NCBI GenBank assembly: GCA_043228905.1
Contig: JBHGNT010000006.1
Coordinates: 16,244,001-16,308,000, forward strand
Direction of reading: 5' to 3'
Length of the DNA stretch: 64,000 nt
Source: Azolla caroliniana
Lineage: Eukaryota; Plantae; Polypodiophyta
Under the pieces are notes generated by a model, which saw only the letters and a program-made list of their open reading frames with translations, ran no database searches and was not told where the DNA came from. The position numbers and the translations under genes were made by a program. Positions 22,425-35,362 of the stretch are shown here, one piece after another (position 1 is the stretch's first letter; each line of letters begins with the position of its first letter).

Positions 22425-23517
22425 TCAAAAACTGGTGCATATTTGTGAGCCACTTGTCTTCCTGGGCCACGTCTCATCTGTTGCCGTCTCCGTAGTGACT
22501 CGAAACAGCTCCGCATCCGGAAACTCATCCGCTACTCCGTCACCCGTCTCTCCGGACTCTAATCGGCTTAAGTAATCCGCCACGGCATGCTGTATACCAG
22601 GTCGGTGGAATATTTCAAACTCGAATTCCTGTAACAGTAAGGTCCACCGGGCCAATTTGCCGGTGAGTGTCGCCTTGGACACCAGGTAAAGGAGTGCCGA
22701 ATGATCTACATGGAAGGAAAACTTCCTTCCCAATAAATAATGCCGAAACTTTGTCACACTGTAGATCATCCCTAGAGCTTCCCATTCCGTGGTAGAGTAG
22801 TTCCGTTCTGCTTGGGATAGCTTTCGGCTGGCATAGTACACCGGCCGGTACCACTTTGGTTCTGTAAGCTGCATCAGTACGCTTCCGATTGCGATGTCGG
22901 AGGCGTCCACGAACACGTGAAATTCTTTACTCCAATCCGGAGGCTGCACTACCGGTGCTTGCGACAATAGTACCTTGAGGGCCCTATACGCCCTATCCTC
23001 GGTTTTGGTCCATTGGAATGGTGTCCGATGTACGGCGGCATGCAACGGTCTAGCCAGGTCGGCCAAGTATCGGAGCATCCGGCTATGCCACCAGATCTGG
23101 CCTAAGAACCGGCTTAATGCCTTTGCCGTTGCCGGCGCCGGTGCTTCTAATATGGCTTTCACTTTGTCCGGGTCGACTGCAATACCTTCCTGGCTCACAA
23201 TATGTCCTAATAGAGTTCCACTGGATACGCCAAATACACACTTTGCTGGATTCAAGCTTAGCCGGTACGCTCTACACTTTTCAAGACAAAGACGGAGGTG
23301 CTGAAAATGGTCCTCCTCTCGGCTATAGACGGCGAAATCCTCAAGGAAAACCTGCATAAAAATCGGAATATATTCACCAAAGATTTCCATGATGATTCGT
23401 TGAAATGTTGTCGGTGCCGTTTTGAGTCCAAACATCATCATCACGGCCACAAACACCCCCCATTCGGTGACGAAAGCCGTTTTCTCTTGGTCGTCGGGGT
23501 GCATCCGGATTTGATTA
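22425..23517 (-). pseudogene. C RT C-terminal half and RNase H
   Basis: QEKTAFVTEWG, VFVDASDIAIG, NYSTTE, HVDHSAL. Confidence 0.92.
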
Positions 23518-23785
23518 TGTTGGGAAACTCGACGCTTTCCGATCGTTCACCTCTCGGCCGCAACCGAGGAAACACGGATCAATGCAGCAGTAATAGAAAA
23601 ACACAGAGAGAGACTCGAATGCACAGGGTTTAGCGTGGAAAAACCCTAGACGGGAAAAACCACGGGAGTGCAAGACTCCAACTATCACTATACGCAGGGA
23701 ATGTACAATGGCGAGCTGCAAGGCGACGACCTTGAGCTCGCTGTCCTCGACACAGACGGCGGTATTACACAGAGGCGTCGACCTC

Positions 23786-23817
<32 letters not shown>

Positions 23818-24129
23818 GGCTGCTCTCACTTCGCTCCCTCTAAGTGGAAAACAGAAAAAATGAGCAACAACAAAACACTGTTTGCCCTAAGTCATATTTA
23901 TACACATATGACTTTCGGGCTATTTACAACTATAGCCTCAAGGGCCCTTGGCAAACATATTCACAAATATGTCCCCGCATCCGGATCTCTCTCCGGGTAC
24001 ATTCGTCATCCGGCTCCGTAGCCGGGGTCTTCATCATCCGGATCTGATACCGGGTTCTCCTCATTCGGGTCTTCATTCCCGATTCCCGGACATCCGACCA
24101 TCCCATCCGGAGGGACCGTAATCCCAACA
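23518..24129 (-). repeat. D LTR1 (3' LTR, 612 bp; one 28-bp subrepeat)
   Basis: PPT AAGGGGGAA at 24132-24140. Confidence 0.95.
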
Positions 24130-24139
24130 AATTCCCCCT

Positions 24140-27100
24140 TCACTTCGGCATGGGATGTCTTTCCAGTCCGACCTTCTTTCGGCACACTTCCAGCTTGTCG
24201 GGTGTGAGCACTTTGGTCAGCATGTCTGACCCGTTCTCGTCCGTGTGGATCTTCGTCAGCACGAACTCCTGGTCTTCTATCCTTTCCCGGATCCAGTGAT
24301 ATCTTCGCTGGATGTGCTTCGTCCGGGAGTGATAGGCCGCGTTCTTCGCAAGGTGGATGGCACTCTGACTGTCGCAGTAGAGTCGGTACTCCTCCTGCCG
24401 GATACCGAGCTCTCTAATGAAGTCCTTCATCCATATCATTTCCTTGCCGGCTTCAACAGCCGCCATGTACTCCGCCTCCGTGGTTGACAATGCAACCGTC
24501 TTCTGCAGCCTCGACTGCCACGAAACAGCTCCCCCTGCATACGTCATCACATACCCTGATGTGGACCGGCTGGTATCTGCATCAGCCGACATATCCGAAT
24601 CGGTAAAGCCGTCGAGTTCGGGCTTACCGGAGCCGAATCGGAGGCACACGTTTGCCGTGCCCTTCAGGTATCGGAGTATCCACTTGGCCGCGTTCCAGTG
24701 CTCTTTGCCGGGATTGCTCATGTACCGGCTCACCTCTCCGACTGCATATCCTATGTCCGGTCTTGTACACACCATTGCGTACATCAAGCTTCCGACGGCA
24801 GAGGCATATGGTACTTTCATCATGTCCTCCTTCTCAGCCTTTGTCTTGGGGCTTTGCTTGCTGGACAACTTGCAGTTTGTCGGGAGGGTTGACCCGATCG
24901 GTCTTGCTTCCGACATGTTGAACCGGTGAAGCACCTTTGTCACGTACTTCTCCTGTGACAGCCACAACTGCTTCTTCTTCCGGTCCCGGATGATGTGCAT
25001 CCCTAGTATTTGCCTCGCCGGACCCAGGTCCTTCATTGAGAAGGTTCGGTGAAGCGCTTTCTTCAGCATCCGTATCTTGACCTGGTCCCGTCCAACGATC
25101 AACATGTCGTCCACGTACAGGAGGAGTATTAGAAAGTCTCCTCCTTCGAACTTCTTCACAAACACGCAGTGATCGGACTGCGTTTTGTGGTACCCTTCGT
25201 CGGTCATGAAAGAGTCGAACTTCCGGTACCATTGCCGGGGAGCCTGCTTCAGTCCGTAAAGGCTCTTCTTCAACCGGCATACCAGGTGCTCCTTCCCTTT
25301 CTTCTCGAATCCTTCCGGTTGCTGCATGTAGATCTCTTCTTCGAGGTCACCGTGAAGGAATGCCGTCTTCACGTCCATCTGTTCTACCTCGAGGTCCATG
25401 CTTGCCGCTATGCTTAGCACCGTCCGGATGGAGGTCATCTTCACTACCGGGGCAAATATCTCGTTGAAGTCGACGCCCTTCTTCTGCTGGAACCCCTTCA
25501 CCACGATCCTGGCTTTGTATCTCGGGGGGTTTCCGGCATCTCCCGGTTTCAACTTGAACACCCACTTGTTTCGAAGTGCCCGCTTTCCTTTCGGCAACTC
25601 CACAAGTTCATATGTGTGGTTCTCATGCAGGGAATCCATCTCCTCCTGCATGGCACTTAACCACCTGCGGCTATGGGTGTCAAGCTTTGCTTCTTCAAAA
25701 CTCTCCGGCTCCCCCTCGTCGGTTAGCAGCACGTGCTCTGGTTCCGGAAATCTCCGGGGGGCCCTTCTCTCTCTTAGAGGATATCTCCGTTCCGGAGCTT
25801 CGGTAACCGGCTCCTCCGTTTCCTCTTCATCCGAATCCATTTCGGGATCGGGGCCGGTTCCGGTATCAGTTTCATCTTCCTCGGCCGGTTCTGTTTCTTC
25901 ACCGTCTTCGGCCGGATCCTCGAGTGCTAACCGGTCCCTTGCCGGTCGGGACTGCTCCTCGTAGAGTTGATCCTCACCGGTCGACTTGGAGCTCTTCATC
26001 TTCTTCTCCGACTCCCAGTCGGCGAGTGTCTTGTCCTCCATGAAGATGATATCACGACTCCGGAATATCTTTTTGTCGACCGGGTCCCATACTCGGTAGC
26101 CGAACTCGTCATCGCCGTAACCGAGGAATATGCATGGCCGGGTCTTTGGATCTAGCTTTCCTCTCCGGTCCTTTGCCACATACACATATGCGAGACACCC
26201 GAACACCTTCAGATGCCGGTAGGATACTTCCCTACCGGTTCACACTCTCTGCGGCGTGTCTCCGTCCAAAGGTACTGAGGGTGATCTGTTTATCACGTAT
26301 GTCGCCGTCGACATTGCCTCAACCCAAAACCCCTTTGGTAATTTCGCATGCGCCAGCATACTCCGGACCCTCTCCATTATGGTCCGGTTCATCCTCTCGG
26401 CCAGCCCGTTCAGTTCCGGCGTCTTCGGCACAGTAAACTCGAGCCGGATTCCCTTCGAGCGACAGTACTCCTCGAACTGCCCCCGGTATTCCCCTCCGTT
26501 ATCCGCTCGTATCGCTTTTCAGCTTCTTGCCGGATTCCCTTTCCACTCTCGCGTGGAGTTCTTTGAAGACGCGCAACACTTGGTCCTTTGTCTTCAACGG
26601 TGCCGTCCACAGCTTCCGGCTGTGGTCATCAATGAATGTCACGAAGTACTAGGCTCCGCCATGTGACTTCGTTTCTACTTGACACACGTCAGTGTGCACC
26701 AACTCCAATGGTGCGCTACGTCTCGTCGGTGGCCTTGAGTGGAAGGAGGTTCGGTTCTGCTTACCGGCCAGGCAATCGGTGCACTTCTCCAGGTGCACAT
26801 GCTTCAATGGAATAAGGTTGTCTTCTGCAAGCCTCTTCATCCCCTTCTCACTCATGTGGCACAGTCTCTTGTGCCGCAGCTCACCAGCAGTGTCGGCTGC
26901 CACGTTCAACTCCTCCGGACACAACTAGGCACTCATAAGGTACAGTGTGTTGACTTTCCGGGCCCGAGCCACTATCAGGCTCCCCTTGCTGAACTTCATT
27001 ACGCCGTTCCGGATGCTACCTGTGTAGCCTTCATCGTCTAGCCTCCTGGCCGAAATCAGGTTCAATCGAACCTCCGGAACGTGTCGGACATCCTTCAGCG

Positions 27101-28223
27101 ACATTTTGCATCCGGTCAAGGTTGTCAACCACACGTCTCCTATGCCGACAATCCGGCACGTACCTTCATTTCCCATCCGAACACAGCCATGCTCACCGAC
27201 TGTGTAGGATGAGAAGTATCTTCTTTCCGGGGTCAGGTGGAACGACGCTCCGGAATTGACCACCCAGGTAGTCTCATCGCCGGCAATGTTTAGTTCACCT
27301 TCTTCGGTGATGAGCATGATCTCCTCTTCACTTGCCGCGAGTGCCGTCGTTCCTTTCCGGTCCTGCCCTCGCCGATCCGAACCATTCCGGTCCGTGGCTC
27401 CCCAGTAAGCACCATTCCGTTCCGAAGACTTCTTCGAATCGATGTCGTCGGCTCCATTGTCTTTTCGGTAATGCCGACAATTCTTTCGGAAGTGCCCCGG
27501 CTTCCCACAGTGGAAGCATGTGGGCCTTCCTCTTGACTGCGACCGGGTCCCCGACTTCTCCCGTCTTTGCGGACTCCGGTTCCGTTGTCTTCCCCGATCC
27601 GATTCGGAAAGCAGCATCTTCGGATCGGAGGCCGGTTCTTTATCTCTCCGACGCGCTTCTTCGTTCAAAATGCTTGTCTTTACCGTTTGTAGAGACAAGT
27701 TATCTTCGGTGCAGGAGGTGCTGGGAGTCACCACCAAGTTCTCCCAGCTTTCCGGCAATGTACACATCAGGATGATGGCTTGCATTGCATCCTCCAACGG
27801 GAACTTGATCGCCGCAAGCTGGTTCACGAATCCCATGAACGTGCTTACGTGTTCCACCATACTCTCGCCGTCCCGGTACTTGAGGTTCACTATCTTCCTC
27901 ATTAGGGAGGTCCGGTTCAACGCATTCTTCCTCTCGTAGAGGCCCGACAGCTTCCGCCACATCTCATATGCGTTGGTGTCGTTCGCCACATGTTGTAGAA
28001 CGCTCACGTCGACGTATTGCCGAATGGTTGCAACGGCTTTCCGGTTCAGCAGCCTCCATTCCGTCTCAAGTACCCCCTTGGGTATTTCCGACCTGTCAAT
28101 CGGTTCATACAGGTCCCGAACAATGAGCAGATCCTCCATCTTTATCTTCCAGTCGGCGTAGTTCTGCGCATTCAGCACCATCATCCCCGGCTGCCCGCTG
28201 CTGCCGCCTTCCATTTTCTGCAC
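24140..28223 (-). pseudogene. D gag-pol (432-aa gag-PR ORF, broken INT, 688-aa INT C-terminus/RT/RNase H ORF)
   Basis: CFHCGKPGHFRKNC; LVHTDVC; NGLAERMNRT; LYVDDM; ALSTTEAEY; HSRTKHI. Confidence 0.95.
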
Positions 28224-28245
28224 TGCAGTCGCTCTGATACCAGAT

Positions 28246-28512
28246 TGTTGGGAAACTCGACGCTTTCCGATCGTTCACCTCTCAGCCACAACCGAGGAAA
28301 CACGGATCAATGCAGCAGAAATAGAAAAACACAGAGAGAGACTCGAATGCACAGGGTTTAGCGTGGAAAACCCTAGACGGGGAAAACCACGGGCGTGCAA
28401 GACTCCAACTATCACTATACGCATGGAATGTACAATGGCGAGCTGCAAGGCGACGACCTTGAGCTCGCTGTCCTCGCCACAGACGGCGGTATTACACAGA
28501 GGCGTCGACCTC

Positions 28513-28547
<35 letters not shown>

Positions 28548-28915
28548 GCTGCTCTCACTTCGCTCCCTCTAAGTGGAAAACAGAAAAAAATGAGCAACAA
28601 CAACAAACTGTTTGCCCTAAGTCATATTTATACACATATGACTTTCGGGCTATTTACAACTATAGCCTCAAGGGCCCTTGGCAAACATATTCACAAATAT
28701 GTCCCCGCCTCCGGATCTCTCTCCGGGTACATTCGTCATCCGGCTCCATAACCGGGGTCTTCATCATCCGGCTCCGTAGCCGGGGTCTTCATCATCCGGC
28801 TCCGTAGCCGGGGTCTTCATCATCCGGATCTGATACCGGGTTCTCCTCATTCGGGTCTTCATTCCCGATTCCCGGACATCCGACCATCCCATCCGGAGGG
28901 ACCGTAATCCCAACA
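28246..28915 (-). repeat. D LTR2 (670 bp; three 28-bp subrepeats); Met PBS at 28231-28242
   Basis: GCTCTGATACCA-gat-TGTTGGG. Confidence 0.95.
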
Positions 28916-29423
28916 GTTCTCCCAGCTTTCAGGCAATGTACACATCAGGATGATGGCTTGCATTGCATCCTCCAACGGGAACTTGATCGCCGCAAGCTGG
29001 TTCACGAATCCCATGAACGTGCTTCCGTGTTCCACCATACTCTCGCCGTCCCGGTACTTGAGGTTCACTATCTTCCTCATCAGGGAGGTCCGGTTGAACG
29101 CATTCTTCCTCTCGTAGAGGCCCGACAGCTTCCGCCACATCTCATATGCGTTGGTGTCGTTCGCCACATGTTGTAGAACGCTCACGTCGACGTATTGCCG
29201 AATGGTTGCAACGGCTTTCCGGTTCAGAAGCCTCCATTCCGTCTCAAGTACCCCCTTGGGTATTTCCGACCTGTCAATCGGTTCATACAGGTCCCGAACA
29301 ATGAGTAGATCCTCCATCTTTATCTTCCAGTCGGCGTAGTTCTGCGCATTCAGCACCATCATCCCCGGCTGCCCGCTGCTGCCGCCTTCCATTTTCTGCA
29401 CTGCAGTCGCTCTGATACCAGAT
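28916..29423 (-). pseudogene. D truncated PBS + gag unit 1 (508 bp; 180-aa ORF reading into LTR2)
   Basis: ORF 28859..29401 matches D gag up to PESWEN. Confidence 0.93.
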
Positions 29424-29691
29424 TGTTGGGAAACTCGACGCTTTCCGATCGTTCACCTCTCGGCCGCAACCGAGGAAACACGGATCAATGCAGCAGTAAT
29501 AGAAAAACACAGAGAGAGACTTGAATGCACAGGGTTTAGCGTGGAAAAACCCTAGACGGGAAGAACCACGGGAGTGCAAGACTCCAACTATCACTATACG
29601 CAGGGAATGTACAATGGCGAGCTGCAAGGCGACGACCTTGAGCTCGCTGTCCTCGCCACAGACGGCGGTATTACACAGAGGCGTCGACCTC

Positions 29692-29726
<35 letters not shown>

Positions 29727-30066
29727 GCTGCTCTCACTTCGCTCCCTCTAAGTGGAAAACAGAAAAAAATGAGCAACAACAACAAACTGTTTGCCCTAAG
29801 TCATATTTATACACATATGACTTTCGGGCTATTTACAACTATAGCCTCAAGGGCCCTTGGCAAACATATTCACAAATATGTCCCCGCATCCGGATCTCTC
29901 TCCGGGTACATTCGTCATCCGGCTCCGTAACCGGGGTCTTCATCATCCGGCTCCGTAGCCGGGGTCTTCATCATCCGCATCTGATACCGGGTTCTCCTCA
30001 TTCGGGTCTTCATTCCCGATTCCCGGACATCCGACCATCCCATCCGGAGGGACCGTAATCCCAACA
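29424..30066 (-). repeat. D LTR3 (643 bp; two subrepeats)
   Basis: Direct homology to the other D LTRs. Confidence 0.95.
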
Positions 30067-30574
30067 GTTCTCCCAGCTTTCAGGCAATGTACACATCAGG
30101 ATGATGGCTTGCATTGCATCCTCCAACGGGAACTTGATCGCCGCAAGCTGGTTCACGAATCCCATGAACGTGCTTACGTGTTCCACCATACTCTCGCCGT
30201 CCCGGTACTTGAGGTTCACTATCTTCCTCATCAGGGAGGTCCGGTTGAACGCATTCTTCCTCTCGTAGAGGCCCGACAGCTTCCGCCACATCTCATATGC
30301 GTTTGTGTCGTTCGCCACATGTAGTAGAACGCTCACGTCGACGTATTGCCGAATGGTTGCAACGGCTTTCCGGTTCAGAAGCCTCCATTCCGTCTCAAGT
30401 ACCCCCTTGGGTATTTCCGACCTGTCAATCGGTTCATACAGGTCCCGAACAATGAGCAGATCCTCCATCTTTATCTTCCAGTCGGCGTAGTTCTGCGCAT
30501 TCATCACCATCATCCCCGGCTGCCCGCTGCTGCCGCCTTCCATTTTCTGCACTGCAGTCGCTCTGATACCAGAT
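30067..30574 (-). pseudogene. D truncated PBS + gag unit 2 (508 bp; 180-aa ORF)
   Basis: ORF 30010..30552; same junction as unit 1. Confidence 0.93.
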
Positions 30575-30842
30575 TGTTGGGAAACTCGACGCTTTCCGAT
30601 CGTTCACCTCTCGGCCGCAACCGAGGAAACACGGATCAATGCAGCAGTAATAGAAAAACACAGAGAGAGACTCGAATGCACAGGGTTTAGCGTGGAAAAA
30701 CCCTAGACGGGAATAACCACGGGAGTGCAAGACTCCAACTATCACTATACGCAGGGAATGTACAATGGCGAGCTGCAAGGCGACGACCTTGAGCTCGCTG
30801 TCCTCGCCACAGACGGCGGTATTACACAGAGGCGTCGACCTC

Positions 30843-30880
<38 letters not shown>

Positions 30881-31219
30881 CTGCTCTCACTTCGCTCCCT
30901 CTAAGTGGAAAACAGAAAGAAATGAGCAACAACAACAAACTGTTTGCCCTAAGTCATATTTATACACATATGACTTTTGGGCTATTTACAACTATAGCCT
31001 CAAGGGCCCTTGGCAAACATATTCACAAATATGTCCCCGCATCCGGATCTCTCTCCGGGTACATTCGTCATCCGGCTCCGTAACCGGGGTCTTCATCATC
31101 CGGCTCCGTAGCCGGGGTCTTCATCATCCGGATCTGATACCGGGTTCTCCTCATTCGGGTCTTCATTCCCGATTCTCGGACATCCGACCATCCCATCCGG
31201 AGGGACCGTAATCCCAACA
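30575..31219 (-). repeat. D LTR4 (outer 5' LTR, 645 bp; two subrepeats)
   Basis: Followed by TSD GATTA. Confidence 0.95.
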
Positions 31220-31224
31220 GATTA

Positions 31225-32699
31225 TACCTGCTGAATCCGTCTAGGAAGCTATAGACCTCATGGCCGGTGACGGCATCCAACACTCCATCTGTGAACGGAA
31301 GTGGAAACGCATCCGTTACCATAGCTGCATTGAGTTTCCGGTAGTCCACACAAAGTCGAATTTTTCCGTTCTTCTTCGGTACGACTACTATCGGGCTTAG
31401 CCATGTCGCTTTCTTTACCGGACGGATAAAGCCAACTCTTAGCAGTTTGTCGATTTCCTCCTTGACTTTGGCGGCATAATTGGGATTCATCCGGTACCGT
31501 CTTTGTGCCACTGGTTTTGCGTCCTTGCTCAAGTGAACCTGATGCTGGTATAACTGAGGGTCGAGTCCCCGCATGTCTTCGTATGGCCAGGCGAACACAT
31601 CGCGAAATTCCGTGAGAAGTGTGATCATCGCCGTTTTGTCTTCGGACTTCATCTCCTTGGCGATGTGCACCGGTTTTGCTTCGTCCGTGGTCCCTAGGTT
31701 CACCTCTTCCAGTTGTGACGCTTTTACACGCTTTGAAACGGCCATTTCCCGTTCCAACGCTTCCTGCGCTTGCCGTAACTCCTGGATTGCGTCTTTATCC
31801 AGTTCTGCTTCAGCCTCTTCCGGTTGCGGTAAGTATGGTGCTACTGCTTCGGCAATGTCAATTTCGAAGAGGGGTATGATCTTCGGGTTTTCCTGCAAGT
31901 ACTGAGCTTCTTCTTCGTCAGCTAACCCTTCTAGCATGTTGATGCATTCCGCATACAACGGTGTACATTCCTTGCCAGTGCTCGTCCTTGGCTGTGTTGG
32001 TACCCGTACCTTGGCTTTTCCTTGCCGGAAGGTAATTATATTTTTCCTCCAATTCAGTTTGATATGTGTCGTTTTCAACCATGGCCGCCCCAGCAATAGT
32101 GGGTATGCGCCTTGTGCCTGTAATTGTAGCACTACTACCGAGATGTGAAATGTATAACCGCCGATGGTGACTTCTAATTTCCGTATTAATCCTGTCAGCC
32201 GTACTAAGCTTGTATCGGCCGTCCGCAACCAGAACGGACACGGCTCCCACTCGTGGATTCCTAGGGCATCACACGTCCGGAGGCTTATTACATTCACCCC
32301 AGAGCCTCCATCTATAACTGTGCCGGGGAGTTCTTTCCCTTTTACAATGACAGTGATTACCGGACTGCTGGTGTCCACCACCGTTGGTCCCTCCTCCGGA
32401 TTCGAGAAGAGTAACGGTGCCGGTGCTCCTGCCGTCATGGCCGTCTTCAGTCCCTCCGTGAATCTTGGCATGAGTTGTAGGAGTCTTCCTAGTGGCAACG
32501 TAATCTAGCATTCTTGCAACGCCTGCCATGTCTCGTTCTCGGAGTGACTACCGCCGGCAAGCCCTACGATGTTCTCCTTTTGCTGCTGTAAGTCTGTGAC
32601 ATTCTGCTCGTTTGCTTTCTTTACCCATTCCGCTGCTTGTTTCCGGATGGTCTCCTGCGTCTCCCATTCCTTGGCCATGCCCTTCGACCTTGTGGTCAC
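31225..32699 (-). pseudogene. C protease and RT N-terminal half
   Basis: VIDGGSGVNVI, LLLGRPWL, YRMNPNY, CVDYRKLN, FLDGFSRYN. Confidence 0.92.
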
Positions 32700-34313
32700 C
32701 TGCTATAGATCTGCCACCTCAGGGACTACCATATTTACCGCCGGTCGTTTTTCATAGCTCTTCACCAGGCATTGGTTACTATAATGGCCTTCCTGTCAGC
32801 AGTAGGCTTTTCGGGTATTGCTAGATTCGACATTGTCTATTGTACCCGGGGTAGGTCCCGCGGTACACGCGGGGTTTTGGACCGGTTGGCTGCTTGGAGC
32901 TCCTTGTTCCGGATCCCGGGGGTAGCCGCCTTTTTTAAAATGCCGTTTTTTGTTATAGCTCTTCTTATTGCGGTACTCTTGACGGGGTTGCCCGTTATAT
33001 CTGTCGTATTCCTCCCGTTGCTGACGATACCCGGGGGACTGCTCCCGGTCGTAATGTTCGTATCGTCTATTGTAATCCCGGTACCGATCATGCCGGTCAT
33101 AGTTATCCTGCCGCTCACCGTATCGGACATCATTCTCCCGTCGATCGCCATACCAGACATCCTATGCCGGTCTGTCGCGATCCATTCGCCGCCATCGTTC
33201 CTCTTCTTCATCCTGGCTGCTGCGTGGCTCAATTTGTCAGACGGGCGGTGCTTGCCGGTTCAATAGATTATACTCGCACCTATCCGTCGTATGGCTCTTG
33301 GATTGACAAATTACACATTGCGTCCTCATAGTGCATTCTAGAGCCGAGTGTCCGGAATTCAAGCAAGTTGTGCACTGTATTGCTTGCCGAAACCGGAGGT
33401 CTTCATCGGTCGGTAACGCCCGTTGGAGTGCTCCCAGTGTGAGCCAGGAGCTTGTCTTTTCCATCTCTCTCACCTGGTCAATGACCTGGTCGATGGTACT
33501 TGTGCGGAAGTCAATCACCGTGCAAACCGTGCGTAGGGGTTCCCAAAGCGCGTTGAGGAATATAGTCCGTAATTCCTCCTCCGGGGGTGCGCAGGTAAGC
33601 TGACTATGCATCTGTTGAAACCGGATGACAAATTGGGGAATGCTCTCCCCTGCTTCCTGTCGGATGGTATAAAATAAGCCTACCATTACGGTCTGGTCCA
33701 CCTCCTTTTGGAAAAAATGCAAGAATTTAGCTTTTAAATCTGCAAAGGTGTTGATAGTAGACGGATCCTGCGTCCGGCGCCATCTTGCTGCCGGTCCCTC
33801 CAATGTGACGCCAAATTCCGCTAACTTAGAGCGTTCTTCTTCATCCGGGGTCAATCGCTGGGACACATGGTTGTCTTTCCATGTCTGTTCAAAGGCGTGC
33901 ACATGAGCTTCCGCGTCCGGATCATCTCTATACTTGGAGTACTGGAACGGCATGTCGTCGTCCGGTATCAGTGCTCGGGCTGGCAGTGTTGGTGCTCGTT
34001 CCGGAATTTTCTCCGGCGTCGGTGGTCTTTCCCGATTTGTTTCCGGTGTCGGTTGTTTTTCCTCTTCTTTTGGTAACGGAGGCCTCTCCTCTTCGACTTC
34101 CGGTGTCGGAGGTCGCTCTTCCTCTGCTGGTTCCGGGGGTTCCAGCGTTAGCACTTCTGGTTCTGGTGTTGCTAAGGTATCCGATCCTTCGTCCTCCGGT
34201 CCGCCCGGGGTTTCGTTGCTACTACGGTAGTTCGTGTGCACGCTGTATTCCCCTTCGGAGTCCGATTCATATGCTGAAAAGGCTTCTGCTTCGCCTTCTC
34301 CGTTTGCCAACAC
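32700..34313 (-). pseudogene. C gag (capsid-like domain, two zinc knuckles, R/D/Y-rich tail)
   Basis: FGVTLEGPAARW, CTTCLNSGHSALEC, CVICQSKSHTTDRC. Confidence 0.88.
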
Positions 34314-34577
34314 GTGGAGAAGGGATTCGGTTTCCCGGAGGCTGCTGAGGCTGTTGCCGTCGTCCGCGTGCGATGTTTGATGTAACCAGAGGGAGTCCTC
34401 CGCTACTCTCTAGATTACGTTGGAAAACGAGCGGTCCGCTCTAATTTCCTGCGCCGCTTGCTGGAAAGCCTCGCGTCTCCTTTGCCTTTCGGCAAGGCGT
34501 CGAGTTCAATCTGTAACCAGGTCGTGCGTTGATCTAGACATCCATCTGTGTTGTCGTTCGCTGTAAAAACAGGAATC

Positions 34578-34587
34578 GTGGTCGCCA
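34578..34587 (-). promoter_or_regulatory. C primer binding site, tRNA-Arg type
   Basis: TGGCGACCAC on the minus strand, 7 nt from the 5' LTR. Confidence 0.7.
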
Positions 34588-34594
34588 AAAACTG

Positions 34595-35029
34595 TGTTAA
34601 CTCTTAGGGCCGGACAATGGCCTAACACAGAGTGTCTACGGAAGATACTTCACCAAAGGGTGTTACAGCAACCGGATTAGACTCAACGCTTAATCCGACT
34701 TAATTAAGTTACTCAGCATGATCGTCTTTCATAATCACACGCGTAAGATATAACGATTAAGACAAAACGGCAATTAACACAGAGAGATAACAACGCTAAG
34801 CTTTTATTAATTAACCGCTATTCATTACATTGTATCTGGGCCTTTAAATAGGTTTCCGGTCTATATTACAAAACGGTGCCATTCGCACCTATTCGAGATC
34901 GGTCCGGATCCGGAACGGCATACCGATTCCGGTCCGTCCGTCCACACTCATAGCTTAATTACAACCACATTCCTACTACTTAAATAACTCTCCGTTTCCC
35001 ACTCTGGACTCCTTTGCCGGCCGGTAACA
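34595..35029 (-). repeat. C 5' LTR (435 bp)
   Basis: Followed by TSD TGTAT. Confidence 0.95.
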
Positions 35030-35034
35030 TGTAT

Positions 35035-35357
35035 CGCACAACGATATCCCGCACGCTTTCCCACGTTTCGGTGAGGCCGCTTTCAGTGCTCGTGTCCTCC
35101 AGAAGTACTCCGAGATCTTTCCGGTCCCGGATGTTCACAGCTCGCAAAAACATGATGACTTTGTCAGGTGCAAGAATAGTTTGATCTCTCGTGGACAACC
35201 CCCCGAACCGACTTTCGAATGACGAAAACACTTCGAGGACCTTCAACCCCTTACCTAGCGTTTCCACCCAATCTTCGAATCCCCTCCGCGTTGCCTTGGA
35301 GGAGTCCTTGATGGCGAACGTGGTCTTTAACGCTTCTTCAAATGCTTCCCACGTCGG
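35035..35357 (-). pseudogene. B gag middle fragment, between insertions C and E
   Basis: NPTWEAFEEALK…ESVRDIVVRY continues B gag across both TSDs. Confidence 0.85.
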
Positions 35358-35362
35358 ATTTT

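Larger units (their letters stand above)
23518..31219 (-). mobile_element. Ty1/Copia element D (Tnt1/Tork-like) with four LTRs
   Basis: One TSD, GATTA (23513-23517 and 31220-31224), flanks the whole block; LTRs TGTTGG…CCAACA. Confidence 0.95.
17451..35029 (-). mobile_element. Ty3/Gypsy non-chromovirus element C (same lineage as G1) with a long extra 3' ORF
   Basis: 435-bp LTRs 17451..17885 and 34595..35029, TSD TGTAT; inserted in B gag. Confidence 0.95.

Noticed and set aside
23668-24021. 117-118 aa ORFs repeated in the D LTRs
   Set aside because: They cross a length-variable (CT)n tract, and the frame is lost in LTR4.
17451-35029. Reading C as a plus-strand element with an inverted interior
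   Set aside because: The TATA-then-AATAAA order in the LTR, all ORFs and the 5' PBS are on the minus strand, and there is no PPT before 34595 either.
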